The notes beneath the pieces are model-generated. The model saw only the letters and a program-made list of their open reading frames with translations, was not told where the DNA came from and did no database searches. The position numbers were made by a program, and so were the translations under genes. 29,004 nt of DNA from a virus (lineage: Duplodnaviria; Caudoviricetes): the IMG/VR virus record IMGVR_UViG_3300020045_002658, positions 1 through 29,004 of that record. One strand, given 5' to 3'. Below are positions 1-9,056 of the stretch, piece after piece. How positions within the stretch are numbered: the first letter of the stretch is position 1; each line of letters opens with the position of its first letter.

Positions 1-65
1 CTAACACGGTCTAATATATATCTAATTGTAAGTTTATCTACAATACCGAGATTAGTTATTTTCAT
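1..65 (-). CDS. 5' fragment of a gene running off the window edge, probably DNA primase
   Basis: ATG at 65-63 reads MKITNLGIVDKLTIRYILDRV and stays open to the edge. Its position after the SSB-like gene and the 'YILDRV' N-terminus resemble crAss-like primases (inference from only 21 aa). Confidence 0.4.
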   Translation of the reverse strand, partial: MKITNLGIVDKLTIRYILDRV

Positions 66-76
66 AGAGTCAAAGT

Positions 77-113
77 AAAAAAAAATCCTATACAAATTAA
101 TGCATAGGATTTT
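77..113 (-). terminator. Rho-independent terminator after the SSB-like gene
   Basis: Minus strand AAAATCCTATGC-attaattt-GTATAGGATTTT (one G-U pair) running into a long T-run. Confidence 0.75.
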
Positions 114-134
114 ATATATAAATTGGTTGTTAAA

Positions 135-917
135 TTATTCTGGAAATACCATATCAGAGGCTGCACCCATATCCATTCCGAATACACCTGCACCACCAAA
201 TCCTTGATCTCTAGCACCACTTTGAGCATTAGCTGGTTTAGCATCAGCTTTGTTTACAATGATATCTTTCTTTCCAATACCTAATTCACAAACTGTTTGT
301 ACAGTAGCATTTCCACCTTTAGCGTAAGCACGTTGTACAAAGTTAGGGAACATAGGAGGGGCAAGTCTACCATTAAAGTAAACAAGTTTAAGATAAACAG
401 GTACTTGTGTGTAGTTTTTAATCTTAATTGTTTTAGTTTCAGGTTCAGCACCTTCAGCTACTTCTTTCTTTATTGTTTTTTCAGTAGTAAACTTGTTAAA
501 AGCATTAGCTACATTTTCAAACAATTCGGCAAAACTAGTACCAGCAAAATCAGCTTCATCAAAATGATCAGCACCAACGATTTCCTCGAATACGTGTTTG
601 ATACTTTTTTGCATACCTTCCAATCTTACTTCAAAGCTATCACTTTCAGGGTCAAGAGGGAAGTATTTATCAGTAATCTTTTTTTCTCCATTAACTGTAT
701 CTTTATAAATAAAGTTAAGTACTGGTGAAAAAGATTCTTCTCCTGTTTGTCTATCGACATTCTTTTGAGCGGGGTCAAACTCAACTTTCTCTAGTAAAAC
801 AATAGGGAATTTATGAGTTTTAAAATGCTGTGTAGGTTTATCAATTGCAAGAGGTGGATCAATTGGGATTCCTGCTTTAGCAACTAATTCTTTTTTAATA
901 CCTAAATTTAATGACAT
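135..917 (-). CDS. Putative single-stranded DNA-binding protein
   Basis: 260 aa with a flexible Gly/Ala-rich tail ending in acidic-hydrophobic 'SDMVFPE', like SSB C-terminal tips. Lies beside the annealase, helicase and primase genes. Confidence 0.5.
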   Translation of the reverse strand: MSLNLGIKKELVAKAGIPIDPPLAIDKPTQHFKTHKFPIVLLEKVEFDPAQKNVDRQTGEESFSPVLNFIYKDTVNGEKKITDKYFPLDPESDSFEVRLEGMQKSIKHVFEEIVGADHFDEADFAGTSFAELFENVANAFNKFTTEKTIKKEVAEGAEPETKTIKIKNYTQVPVYLKLVYFNGRLAPPMFPNFVQRAYAKGGNATVQTVCELGIGKKDIIVNKADAKPANAQSGARDQGFGGAGVFGMDMGAASDMVFPE

Positions 918-975
918 AATAATTTAATTTTTAATTAATAATAAAAGGGTTAAAATGGGTTGTAATTATAAACAC

Positions 976-1005
976 AAAAAATAGGGATAATTGCTTATCC
1001 CTATT
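976..1005 (-). terminator. Rho-independent terminator
   Basis: Perfect 11-bp stem AATAGGGATAA/TTATCCCTATT with a GCAA (GNRA) loop on the minus strand, followed by a T-run. Confidence 0.85.
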
Positions 1006-1027
1006 GTTTATTTAATCAGTTAGAAGA

Positions 1028-1648
1028 TTATACTTCTTCTTCTTCGAAATTTTCTTCTGCAATAGCATTCGCTACCTCAGCATCTTCGGCAATAGCAGCA
1101 GTAGCTTCACCAGCTCCTTCTTCACCTTTAGTATTACGTTTGTTCACTTCACGAGTTTTTTCTACTTTAATTTGGAAAACTTCTCCATTTTTAAAGTCAC
1201 CATTAGGAAGTGGATAGTCCATAATTCCAATAGACTCAACAGAAAGAACTAACTCTTGTTCTGTAGAACCACCTAACATTTTCCATGTAGCAGAAGATGT
1301 AAATGACAATACTTTTGAACCTTCAGTTGTAACTCTAACAATAGCACCACTCATTGGGTCTTTTTCATCAAACAAAGTAGTGTTACGAGCACCTGTTTGA
1401 GGAGTACCATCTTCATTTCTAAGAATAGTACCATTGTGACCTTTAGCGATAAATGCTTCTACTTCTCCTGTTTCCTCATTTAAATCAGAGAAAATTGATA
1501 ATGCATCGTAGTCAGCAACTCCAATTTGAGCAGCAACTTTTGGCGGAACTCTAAAACCTCCTACAATAGAAGTGGCAATAAGGTTAGTAGAAAATTCGTC
1601 TTTTTGTGTTCTTGTGTTAACTAATGGTTTGAAATTAAATGCTCTCAT
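1028..1648 (-). CDS. Hypothetical protein, possibly DNA-binding, with a very acidic C-terminus
   Basis: 206 aa. 'GGFRVPPKVAAQIGVADYDALSIF' loosely resembles AbrB/SpoVT swapped-hairpin motifs; tail is 'EENFEEEEV'. Confidence 0.6.
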   Translation of the reverse strand: MRAFNFKPLVNTRTQKDEFSTNLIATSIVGGFRVPPKVAAQIGVADYDALSIFSDLNEETGEVEAFIAKGHNGTILRNEDGTPQTGARNTTLFDEKDPMSGAIVRVTTEGSKVLSFTSSATWKMLGGSTEQELVLSVESIGIMDYPLPNGDFKNGEVFQIKVEKTREVNKRNTKGEEGAGEATAAIAEDAEVANAIAEENFEEEEV

Positions 1649-1723
1649 AATAATAATAATTAATTAATGAATATTGATTGTTTTTTTTTGTTACAGAAGG
1701 TGAGGCTGTAACTTCCTCTTTAT

Positions 1724-2641
1724 TTATACTACTTCGTGTTCTGTATCTATAATAGATTCTTCTAGGTTTTCATTAATGGTAAAATCTTTACCAAATTCCA
1801 TAGCTAGTTCATTTATACCATACATCCCTTGTATTACGTCAGAAGCTATTTCAGATGAACCTAATGTAAAGGCTCTAGCTTTCATTAAACTTCTAGTGTA
1901 TTTTAACCAAACATCTTTATCTGTTAGTCCGGCTTGTTGAGCTTCACTAAATCGATATGATATTGTAAGCTTTTTTGTTTTAACTTTACCACTTATAGGC
2001 ATTCTTATATCTCTTTCAAAATAATAAGTAGTTTGTCTATCTATTATTTGAGGTGATACTTGAAAACCATCAACCTTAGTAGCGGTTGTAGTACCATAAG
2101 GTACAAAACCTTTTTCACCTTTAAGACCGTAAGCATATACAGGAACATAATCTTCTGTTAGTTCAAAATATACACCTGCATTTAATAGTAATGCTTTATG
2201 TAAATGAACTGAAAGACCACTCTTACCATTAATAGCATATATGTTATTAACAGATACGCCATAAGGTAAACCAAGTTCTTTACCTCTTATTAAGACTAGA
2301 ATTACATCAGCTTCTTTTTTAAAGCTTGATACCCCACTTTTAACAACCTCTTTAGCAAAGACTCTCATCTTCTCTAGTGTGATTACCTCAACACTATTTA
2401 GAATAGCATCTTCTTGTGCTATTAATGCAATAGATTTAGGTTCCTCAGTTACAAGATCTTCTGTAATAGCCTTGCTATTTTCATTAGCATCTTCTGTACT
2501 GGCTTCATCAGAATTAGAATTCTTTTCTTCCTCAGTAGCTATAACTGTAACCTCAGAACCTTTATCCATCACCTCCCTTTTATCCTCTAAATTACTGTCT
2601 TTATTATCAGCATTTTTAAGAACGTCTTTATTACTTTCCAT
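1724..2641 (-). CDS. RecT/Bet-like single-strand annealing recombinase
   Basis: Motifs 'GKELGLPYGVSVNNIYAINGK' and 'EAQQAGLTDKDVWLKYTRSLMKARAF...DVIQGMY..E' are typical of phage RecT-like annealases. Has an acidic disordered N-terminal extension of about 70 aa. Confidence 0.75.
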   Translation of the reverse strand: MESNKDVLKNADNKDSNLEDKREVMDKGSEVTVIATEEEKNSNSDEASTEDANENSKAITEDLVTEEPKSIALIAQEDAILNSVEVITLEKMRVFAKEVVKSGVSSFKKEADVILVLIRGKELGLPYGVSVNNIYAINGKSGLSVHLHKALLLNAGVYFELTEDYVPVYAYGLKGEKGFVPYGTTTATKVDGFQVSPQIIDRQTTYYFERDIRMPISGKVKTKKLTISYRFSEAQQAGLTDKDVWLKYTRSLMKARAFTLGSSEIASDVIQGMYGINELAMEFGKDFTINENLEESIIDTEHEVV

Positions 2642-2716
2642 AATAATAGTGTTTCGTATTAATATGTGATTACCTTTTTGTTATAAAGTATTGCCCGTTC
2701 ATATATTATTACAGTA

Positions 2717-2748
2717 CAAATATATAACCTTTTACCTTTACTTCCAAA
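2717..2748 (-). promoter_or_regulatory. Bacteroidota-type housekeeping promoter (-33/-7)
   Basis: Minus strand TTTG (2748-2745), 20-nt spacer, TATATTTG (2724-2717), matching TTTG-N19-21-TAnnTTTG, about 75 nt upstream of the annealase start. Confidence 0.75.
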
Positions 2749-2802
2749 CATTTAAGCACATTTTTTATTAATATTAAGTTTATTTATAAGTTCATCAGTA
2801 AA

Positions 2803-3858
2803 CTAGGCTTTAGTTTTTAATTCACTTTGAGGTATATTAACTAATTTACCCTTTGTAAGCTGATTTAAGAACCATAATTGACCGATATTTAAACCCCTGT
2901 TCTTTAGTATGCTAACATTTAAAATGTCCCAAATAACGTACCGCTGTGTCGTGTACAAAGTGATACCGATTAATTCGGGAATCAAAGTTGTCATAACAGT
3001 ATCACAAGCATTATATATTTGAGCCTGTGCATATATATCAGATTTCATAGGGTAATGGAGAGCTGGATTTTTAATCCTTTCCATAGATTCAATATTACCA
3101 TTAAATTGACCTACGAGTATTACTAGCATACCCATCTTTTTTAACTTAATAGATAACTTACCTAAACTACTCATCATAGATAGTACATCTTCTTTACCTA
3201 CAGATTCTAATAATAAAGAGTGGTCTAAAGCTACAACAAACTTAGGTCTATGTTGTACTCCGTTTTCATCTCTAAAATTATCATCTAATCCGTATCTGTT
3301 TTTGTAATCTCTAATAACAGATTCAATACATACAAAGAGTTGTGGAACAGTACAAGGGTCTTCAAAATAGTAATAATTAGGATTATCCTCAACACTATAT
3401 TTAGTTTTAAGTTTTTCTACTATATTATCCGAAACCTCATTATACCTACCAACATTACCATCAAATTCTAAACCAAGTAAATGTGAATAACTTACTTCTA
3501 GATCACTAGAGGCTTCTCTTAATATTTCATCAGCGGGAAGCATTTCAAAACAGAAATGTATAGTGACAATAGTAAAAGGTTGAGCATTAGTAATTGATAC
3601 TCCTAAATTGGAATTAAGAGAGGTATCATTAAAGTCCATAAGTAAATCATTTAATAGTTTAGATTTACCATGTCCAGATGGACCAGCAATAAGAACTATT
3701 TTAGCAAACGAGAATCCTTTACCCATTGCGATATTAAGAAAGGGATAACGAGTAAGTAATGTTGTTCTTATATTAGACTTTCCACGAATAATAGCTTTTA
3801 TAGCATCTTGTTGAGCTTCAAGTCTTTTCTTAAACTTAGGGATATATTTACTAACCAT
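2803..3858 (-). CDS. dnaB: DnaB-like (SF4) replicative helicase, C-terminal ATPase domain only
   Basis: Walker A 'IAGPSGHGKS', 'FCFEM' (H1a), 'VVALDH' (H2), 'GQFNGNIE' (H3), 'SDIY...CD', and 'ILKNRG' arginine finger. Confidence 0.85.
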   Translation of the reverse strand: MVSKYIPKFKKRLEAQQDAIKAIIRGKSNIRTTLLTRYPFLNIAMGKGFSFAKIVLIAGPSGHGKSKLLNDLLMDFNDTSLNSNLGVSITNAQPFTIVTIHFCFEMLPADEILREASSDLEVSYSHLLGLEFDGNVGRYNEVSDNIVEKLKTKYSVEDNPNYYYFEDPCTVPQLFVCIESVIRDYKNRYGLDDNFRDENGVQHRPKFVVALDHSLLLESVGKEDVLSMMSSLGKLSIKLKKMGMLVILVGQFNGNIESMERIKNPALHYPMKSDIYAQAQIYNACDTVMTTLIPELIGITLYTTQRYVIWDILNVSILKNRGLNIGQLWFLNQLTKGKLVNIPQSELKTKA

Positions 3859-3860
3859 AA

Positions 3861-4415
3861 TTAACCAAAGGATTGAGATTGTTTAGATATATGAGTATCA
3901 TCAGTTGTAGCAATACGCTTCTTGCGAATAGCTAACCAGTATCTACTCTGAACAAATTTTAGAATACTAAGACTAAGCATACCATTTTGGAGTGCATATT
4001 TAATATCCTTTAGAACTTCTTCATGTTCTATAATACTGTGTAAAATAGCTTCATCATAGAGATTAGCAATAGTAATCAAATCTACAGCTGTCAATGGAAC
4101 TATTGAACCATTTATTTCTGTAGTACTTGGGTAAACTGCAAATAACTCTTCGGCTACCATAACTTTATCACAAAATATACCTTTAAATTTAGCACTAACA
4201 GTAAAGTTATCACCAATTAATTCTAACCAACCTCTGTTGACTAAATCATCTAATAGATATTTACCTATCATTGTACCATCATCAGCAGGGAAAGTTTGCC
4301 TGTACTTCACTATTAAATCCATCCTTTTTTTGTAGGCTAAATATAACAGTAAAAATTGTCCTTGTGTTATCTTATTTTCACAAATAAAATTAACGTATCT
4401 TTCTTCTAGTAGCAT
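3861..4415 (-). CDS. Hypothetical replication-module protein (possible wHTH, helicase-loader-like)
   Basis: 184 aa between the SF2 and SF4 helicases. 'LLDDLVNRGWLE' resembles a winged helix and 'EELFAVYP' resembles phage initiator C-terminal motifs. Confidence 0.6.
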   Translation of the reverse strand: MLLEERYVNFICENKITQGQFLLLYLAYKKRMDLIVKYRQTFPADDGTMIGKYLLDDLVNRGWLELIGDNFTVSAKFKGIFCDKVMVAEELFAVYPSTTEINGSIVPLTAVDLITIANLYDEAILHSIIEHEEVLKDIKYALQNGMLSLSILKFVQSRYWLAIRKKRIATTDDTHISKQSQSFG

Positions 4416-5819
4416 CTATATATCATTAATATTAAAATAATTAGGTTGAGGTCTATATGTAATATCCTCAATAGTATCTACGTAAATAGGGGCAGTATTA
4501 TTCTCCTCTTGTCTCTTACGTAGCCATACCTCATCTTGTGTGTTTTTAATATATAGATTAACATTTAAAACAGGATCTTCACTTTCAGTTTCTTTTCTAC
4601 CTATACGTGCTTTTCTCTGAGTCTCTTGGTCTATACTAGAAGTACCAGATGTAATTATGGAAAATCTTAAATCAGGAATATTAAGTCCTTTATCTAAGGA
4701 TTTAGTAGTAGAAAGTACTTTTATAGCGCCAGTAGTAAGGTTCTCTATAGCCTCTTTCTTTAATCGTACTTTACCAAACTTAATTAGTTTACCTCCTTTA
4801 CCGGGTTTCATAACAAACTTAAGAGAAGAATGAAATACAGCATTAGGAATGGTAGCGTCAGTTAATAATAAACCTATCCTATCAGCAAACTTAGTTGATT
4901 CACTAAATACAATTGTTTTAGTATTAGGAAACTTCTTAATTAGTTTAATAGTAGTACGTTCTTTAATCTGAGCATTAGCAAGTAATTGTTTTCTACGGTT
5001 CACTATCTGCATTAACAAATTAGCGTTACTTATAAAAGCAGAGGGATTATACTTGTCATCTATCTCTTTATGTTCAGGGATATTTAAGTCAAGTTTATTA
5101 CTCCAACCTTTTTGCATTGCTAATGTCATAGCCCATTGTCCAGCTTGGTATCTTTGTCCATCTTTAGGATTAACACCTCCATAACATATGTATTCAGCCT
5201 TTTTAAGGTTGCTATCAAACATAGGCATAAGGTTATTAATAAGATTACTATAATTCTCATAAGTAGTCTGTTCTCTAGGGTCAAATTCTAAACCTAAATT
5301 ATACTCAATCATTTCAGCAATAAAACCTTTAGATTTAGCTTCATATTCTGATAATACATCAAATACTATATAGTGTTTAAGAACATTCTTAAAATTAGGA
5401 TGATTTGTAGTACCAGTTAAACCTAAAAAGGCTTTATGTTGAATCTTACTTCTATTAAGTAGACATTCAGCATTTTCAGTGGTATATTCATGTATCTCAT
5501 CAATAATAAAAAGTCCTACATCACGATAGACTATATCTTCGTTAATCAATTGCTGTTTAGTCTTAATTATAATTCTAGCTTTAAGATTAACAGGAAAAGA
5601 TTCTATGAGTTTAATCCATTGTTTATATATAACATCATTTGGTACTGATATCATATAAGTAGTTTTAAACTTCTTTTCAAGTCTTTCTATAGCAAGCATA
5701 GCTAGAAAGGTTTTACCTGTACCTGGATAATGGTCAGCAATACCATTGTAATTGCACATTTCCCATTTATCTAAAGCTTCGTTTTGTCGTTCTAATCTCT
5801 TAGGATCAATCTGTATCAT
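4416..5819 (-). CDS. SF2 (DExH) helicase
   Basis: Motif I 'PGTGKT', II 'IIDEIH', III 'LGLTGT', V 'LDKGLNIPDL', VI 'QRKARIGR'. Confidence 0.9.
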   Translation of the reverse strand: MIQIDPKRLERQNEALDKWEMCNYNGIADHYPGTGKTFLAMLAIERLEKKFKTTYMISVPNDVIYKQWIKLIESFPVNLKARIIIKTKQQLINEDIVYRDVGLFIIDEIHEYTTENAECLLNRSKIQHKAFLGLTGTTNHPNFKNVLKHYIVFDVLSEYEAKSKGFIAEMIEYNLGLEFDPREQTTYENYSNLINNLMPMFDSNLKKAEYICYGGVNPKDGQRYQAGQWAMTLAMQKGWSNKLDLNIPEHKEIDDKYNPSAFISNANLLMQIVNRRKQLLANAQIKERTTIKLIKKFPNTKTIVFSESTKFADRIGLLLTDATIPNAVFHSSLKFVMKPGKGGKLIKFGKVRLKKEAIENLTTGAIKVLSTTKSLDKGLNIPDLRFSIITSGTSSIDQETQRKARIGRKETESEDPVLNVNLYIKNTQDEVWLRKRQEENNTAPIYVDTIEDITYRPQPNYFNINDI

Positions 5820-6408
5820 AATGGTCTAATTCGTTAATAGAATAAAAATCTCCACCTTGTAGATACGCAATTACAGCAGTTCTATCATTTAAATTTACAA
5901 ACTTAATAGCTTGTATAACATTAGGCATCGATTGTATTTCTGCTTTCTTTGCATCAAGACTCTTATACTTAAAGTTAACAGTTACTAAATCATCTACCAT
6001 AAATCTAGTACTAGAGTGTTTAATAATTTCATAGTGACTAGGGTATATAACAGGTATTATATCAACAATATCAACTGTGGATTCAGATACGTGAATAAAA
6101 TCAGCAAAATTAGTTATTTCAACTTTACTATTAGGCTCTAATATAATAAATACATTAGGAAATACTTCTATTTTCTTATGATTTTCATAATCTTTAAGAG
6201 TAAAAGCCTTAGTAGTTTTTACTATACGTTTAGCCTTAGTAGTAATAGGTTTTTTAATTGTAGCTTCCCCTTGTGCATTAGCACTTTCTAAACCTATATC
6301 GTCTAAACTCTTTCCTATGGGCAAAGTTTGTCCAACATCGTCTTGCTTGCCCGTAGAGATAGACTGCTTCGTGTCTATAACAGGTTTAAATGTTCTTTTA
6401 TTTTCCAT
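5806..6408 (-). CDS. Hypothetical protein
   Basis: Long ORF. The ATG at 6408 overlaps the polymerase stop (TAATG coupling) and is preferred over the TTG at 6420. Confidence 0.7.
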   Translation of the reverse strand: MENKRTFKPVIDTKQSISTGKQDDVGQTLPIGKSLDDIGLESANAQGEATIKKPITTKAKRIVKTTKAFTLKDYENHKKIEVFPNVFIILEPNSKVEITNFADFIHVSESTVDIVDIIPVIYPSHYEIIKHSSTRFMVDDLVTVNFKYKSLDAKKAEIQSMPNVIQAIKFVNLNDRTAVIAYLQGGDFYSINELDHYDTD

Positions 6409-8729
6409 TATTTTACCCAATGTTGCGCTGTCACGTGGTCAGCTTTAATTGTTACATTATGTAAGTATCTATTTGCAACTGTAACCATAATATCATTTTT
6501 GGCTTCTGCAATATCTTTATAAAATTTACCTTTTTCAAATGCATGAGGTAAAAGTTTAGGGTCTATATTAGGATTAAATTCTTCAAGTAAATTATCATTA
6601 ACTTTATCTACAATCTCATCATGAACCCATAATAAAATCTTAGCATCAACTTTACGTTTACGATAGTATGTTCCTAATTTTACACTAGCTTCTTTAACAA
6701 AATCAGCTTGTGTACCTTGTATTCTAATGTTTCTAGCATCAGACTCTTCTTTACTTATTTCTAAGAAATGAGTATCCTTACTTATCTCACCTTTAAGTTG
6801 TTTAATAAGATTAGGAAACCAAGCCCTAGAATTAGTACGGTAATTTAAAATAACATAACCTTGTGCAGTAGCAGCAGCACTAGCACCTTTAACCATTCTA
6901 AATGTATCAGGTAATTCTTTTTCAATAGTATCTATAACTATCTTACCTTCTTCTTTAGGTACATTAAGTGTTTCTCCTGCTTTTTTAGGGTACATACCAT
7001 AGATAGTACCAAAGGTCATACCTTTAAAGGCTTTTCTATACCCAGGAGGGTTTTCTTTAGTAACCATAAAGGTTTTACTAAGTTCTACTAGTTTAGTCCA
7101 TTCAATTGATAAAGCTTCTTTAATACCTCCAACAACTTTAAATAGTTGTTTGTATATATTACCCGCTCTACGTTTATAAATGTTTTTCCAACAGATAGTA
7201 GCCATATAACTATGCATATCTATTTTAGATAAACTAATAAGCTTAAAATCTTGAGCATGAGAAGCCATTACAATTAACTCGGCTCCCTCATAATCACTTG
7301 TACGTAATTTATAACCAAAAGGCGCAATAAAACAACTTCTATAATCAATGGTAGCAGGGACATTTTGAGATTGAAATTTATCAGGTTCTAGTTTACCTCC
7401 TCCAGATTGCATTCTACCTGTAACAGCATGATTCTGTCTATAAATAGTATGTAATTTACCTGTAATAGGATTAATCTTTTTAAGGTAATTTAATCCAAAA
7501 TTAGTAATCTTAGTATTGTATTCACTGAATTTATCATAAAGAAGTACAAAATCCTTCATAATAGTATCGGGTTTATCTACTAGATATTTCTCAAAACCAA
7601 CAGTACTAACTGTATAGTAATTAGAACCATTAACAATACGTCCTCTATCTGTAATCATAGGAATAGCATAACCATTCTCAATTGGTAGAGGTTGATTTAA
7701 TCTACCAAAGATTCTAATAACTTCAGAAGGAGAGTTATAATCTGGGTTTAGATTACCATTCTCTTTATAGTCTTTTTTATTAGTTAAAGCTTTAATAGTA
7801 GCAGGTTCACCAAATAAATCTAATACATTAGTAGTTTTATCACTATTAATAAGTAATGAAGCTTGAGCAGGACGTCTAATTTCATTATACTTTTTACCTC
7901 CTAAAGTTAAAGCTGGAGATAAACCTTTATAAAGTTCATGATGTACAATAAAATCTCTTACTTTACGAAGTTCTGCATCTATAGCTAATTGCATTTCAAA
8001 ACGTTTAGCTATATTATCATTCAATAATGCAGTCCATTTTTCAATATCAAAATCAATACCTTCATTCTCACTATCAGCGAGTATAGATATTAAAGGAAAT
8101 TCGATACCATATATAAGAAACTCCATCTTGAATTGCTTAATCTTAGGACGTTGAAATTGTCTTATCTTAAGCGGGTCATTAAGGTCATTAGCTAAATATT
8201 TAATATGATGATAATCAACACTAAATGTTTCAGGGTTTTTATCTACAAATTCTAACCTAGTATCTTTATCTCTATACTCTTTTAAGTATCTTTTTACAAG
8301 TTCACCTAAATTATTATACTGATAGAACTTCATATAAAGACGTTGTTCTGCTAATATAACATCATATACTCTAGTAAGTAACACTCCATATTTAACTTGA
8401 ATAAATTTTATATCAAATTTAAGGTTAGCACCGCATACTACAATATTATGTTTAATAATGTGTTCATAAAGAAATGTAAGATCAACACTATAATCAAATA
8501 TGAATTTATTAGCCATTGTACCTATTCCTGTTAACATAATTTGACTTACATAAGGATCTAAACCAGTGGTTTCTAAATCGAGTGATTGCATTTTAGCACG
8601 TCCTATTACATTATGATACATTCTTTCTCCCATTTTAGGGTCTATAATAGCAACATCTTCAAATTCTTTAATAGTGGGGTTAAGTCGGTCTCGATAATAC
8701 TCGGGTTTATTAGTTACAAAATATATCAT
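6408..8729 (-). CDS. polA: DNA polymerase family A with 3'-5' exonuclease domain
   Basis: Exo I 'LDLETTGLD', Exo II 'NLKFD', Exo III 'YLAND'; 'TGRMQS', 'QNVP'; motif A 'DYEGAEL', motif B 'RKAFKGMTFGTIYG', motif C 'VHDEIV'. Confidence 0.95.
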   Translation of the reverse strand: MIYFVTNKPEYYRDRLNPTIKEFEDVAIIDPKMGERMYHNVIGRAKMQSLDLETTGLDPYVSQIMLTGIGTMANKFIFDYSVDLTFLYEHIIKHNIVVCGANLKFDIKFIQVKYGVLLTRVYDVILAEQRLYMKFYQYNNLGELVKRYLKEYRDKDTRLEFVDKNPETFSVDYHHIKYLANDLNDPLKIRQFQRPKIKQFKMEFLIYGIEFPLISILADSENEGIDFDIEKWTALLNDNIAKRFEMQLAIDAELRKVRDFIVHHELYKGLSPALTLGGKKYNEIRRPAQASLLINSDKTTNVLDLFGEPATIKALTNKKDYKENGNLNPDYNSPSEVIRIFGRLNQPLPIENGYAIPMITDRGRIVNGSNYYTVSTVGFEKYLVDKPDTIMKDFVLLYDKFSEYNTKITNFGLNYLKKINPITGKLHTIYRQNHAVTGRMQSGGGKLEPDKFQSQNVPATIDYRSCFIAPFGYKLRTSDYEGAELIVMASHAQDFKLISLSKIDMHSYMATICWKNIYKRRAGNIYKQLFKVVGGIKEALSIEWTKLVELSKTFMVTKENPPGYRKAFKGMTFGTIYGMYPKKAGETLNVPKEEGKIVIDTIEKELPDTFRMVKGASAAATAQGYVILNYRTNSRAWFPNLIKQLKGEISKDTHFLEISKEESDARNIRIQGTQADFVKEASVKLGTYYRKRKVDAKILLWVHDEIVDKVNDNLLEEFNPNIDPKLLPHAFEKGKFYKDIAEAKNDIMVTVANRYLHNVTIKADHVTAQHWVK

Positions 8730-8738
8730 AAGTTTAAA

Positions 8739-9056
8739 TTAAAATGGTTGTCCTTCAACAGGATGAATATATTTCTCTAATCGATATAGAATATTAGTTA
8801 CAGTTTTCATTCTAAGACTAAAATGATTATCATCAGGGTAATCAAAATGAAGATTACATAAAGCTTCTAAAAATTGAACTTGTCTATATTCTATATAACA
8901 TATTATTAAACTTAAAGCATAATCTATAGGAACATTACCATACATAACTATAAAATCTGTCATATTAGGGTTTATGTTCTTATAGTAAGCATTAAGACCT
9001 ATATATGTATTAGGGTATTTAATCTTAATATTAGTAAGATAGTCTTTAGTGTTCAT
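8739..9056 (-). CDS. Hypothetical protein
   Basis: Fills the gap between helicase and polymerase. Likely start is ATG 9056 (MNTKDY), overlapping the helicase end. Confidence 0.65.
   Translation of the reverse strand: MNTKDYLTNIKIKYPNTYIGLNAYYKNINPNMTDFIVMYGNVPIDYALSLIICYIEYRQVQFLEALCNLHFDYPDDNHFSLRMKTVTNILYRLEKYIHPVEGQPF

Noticed and set aside
1690-1712. GTTACAG/CTGTAAC hairpin as a terminator
   Set aside because: On the transcribed minus strand it is followed by an A-run rather than a U-run; at most a stabilising or processing hairpin.
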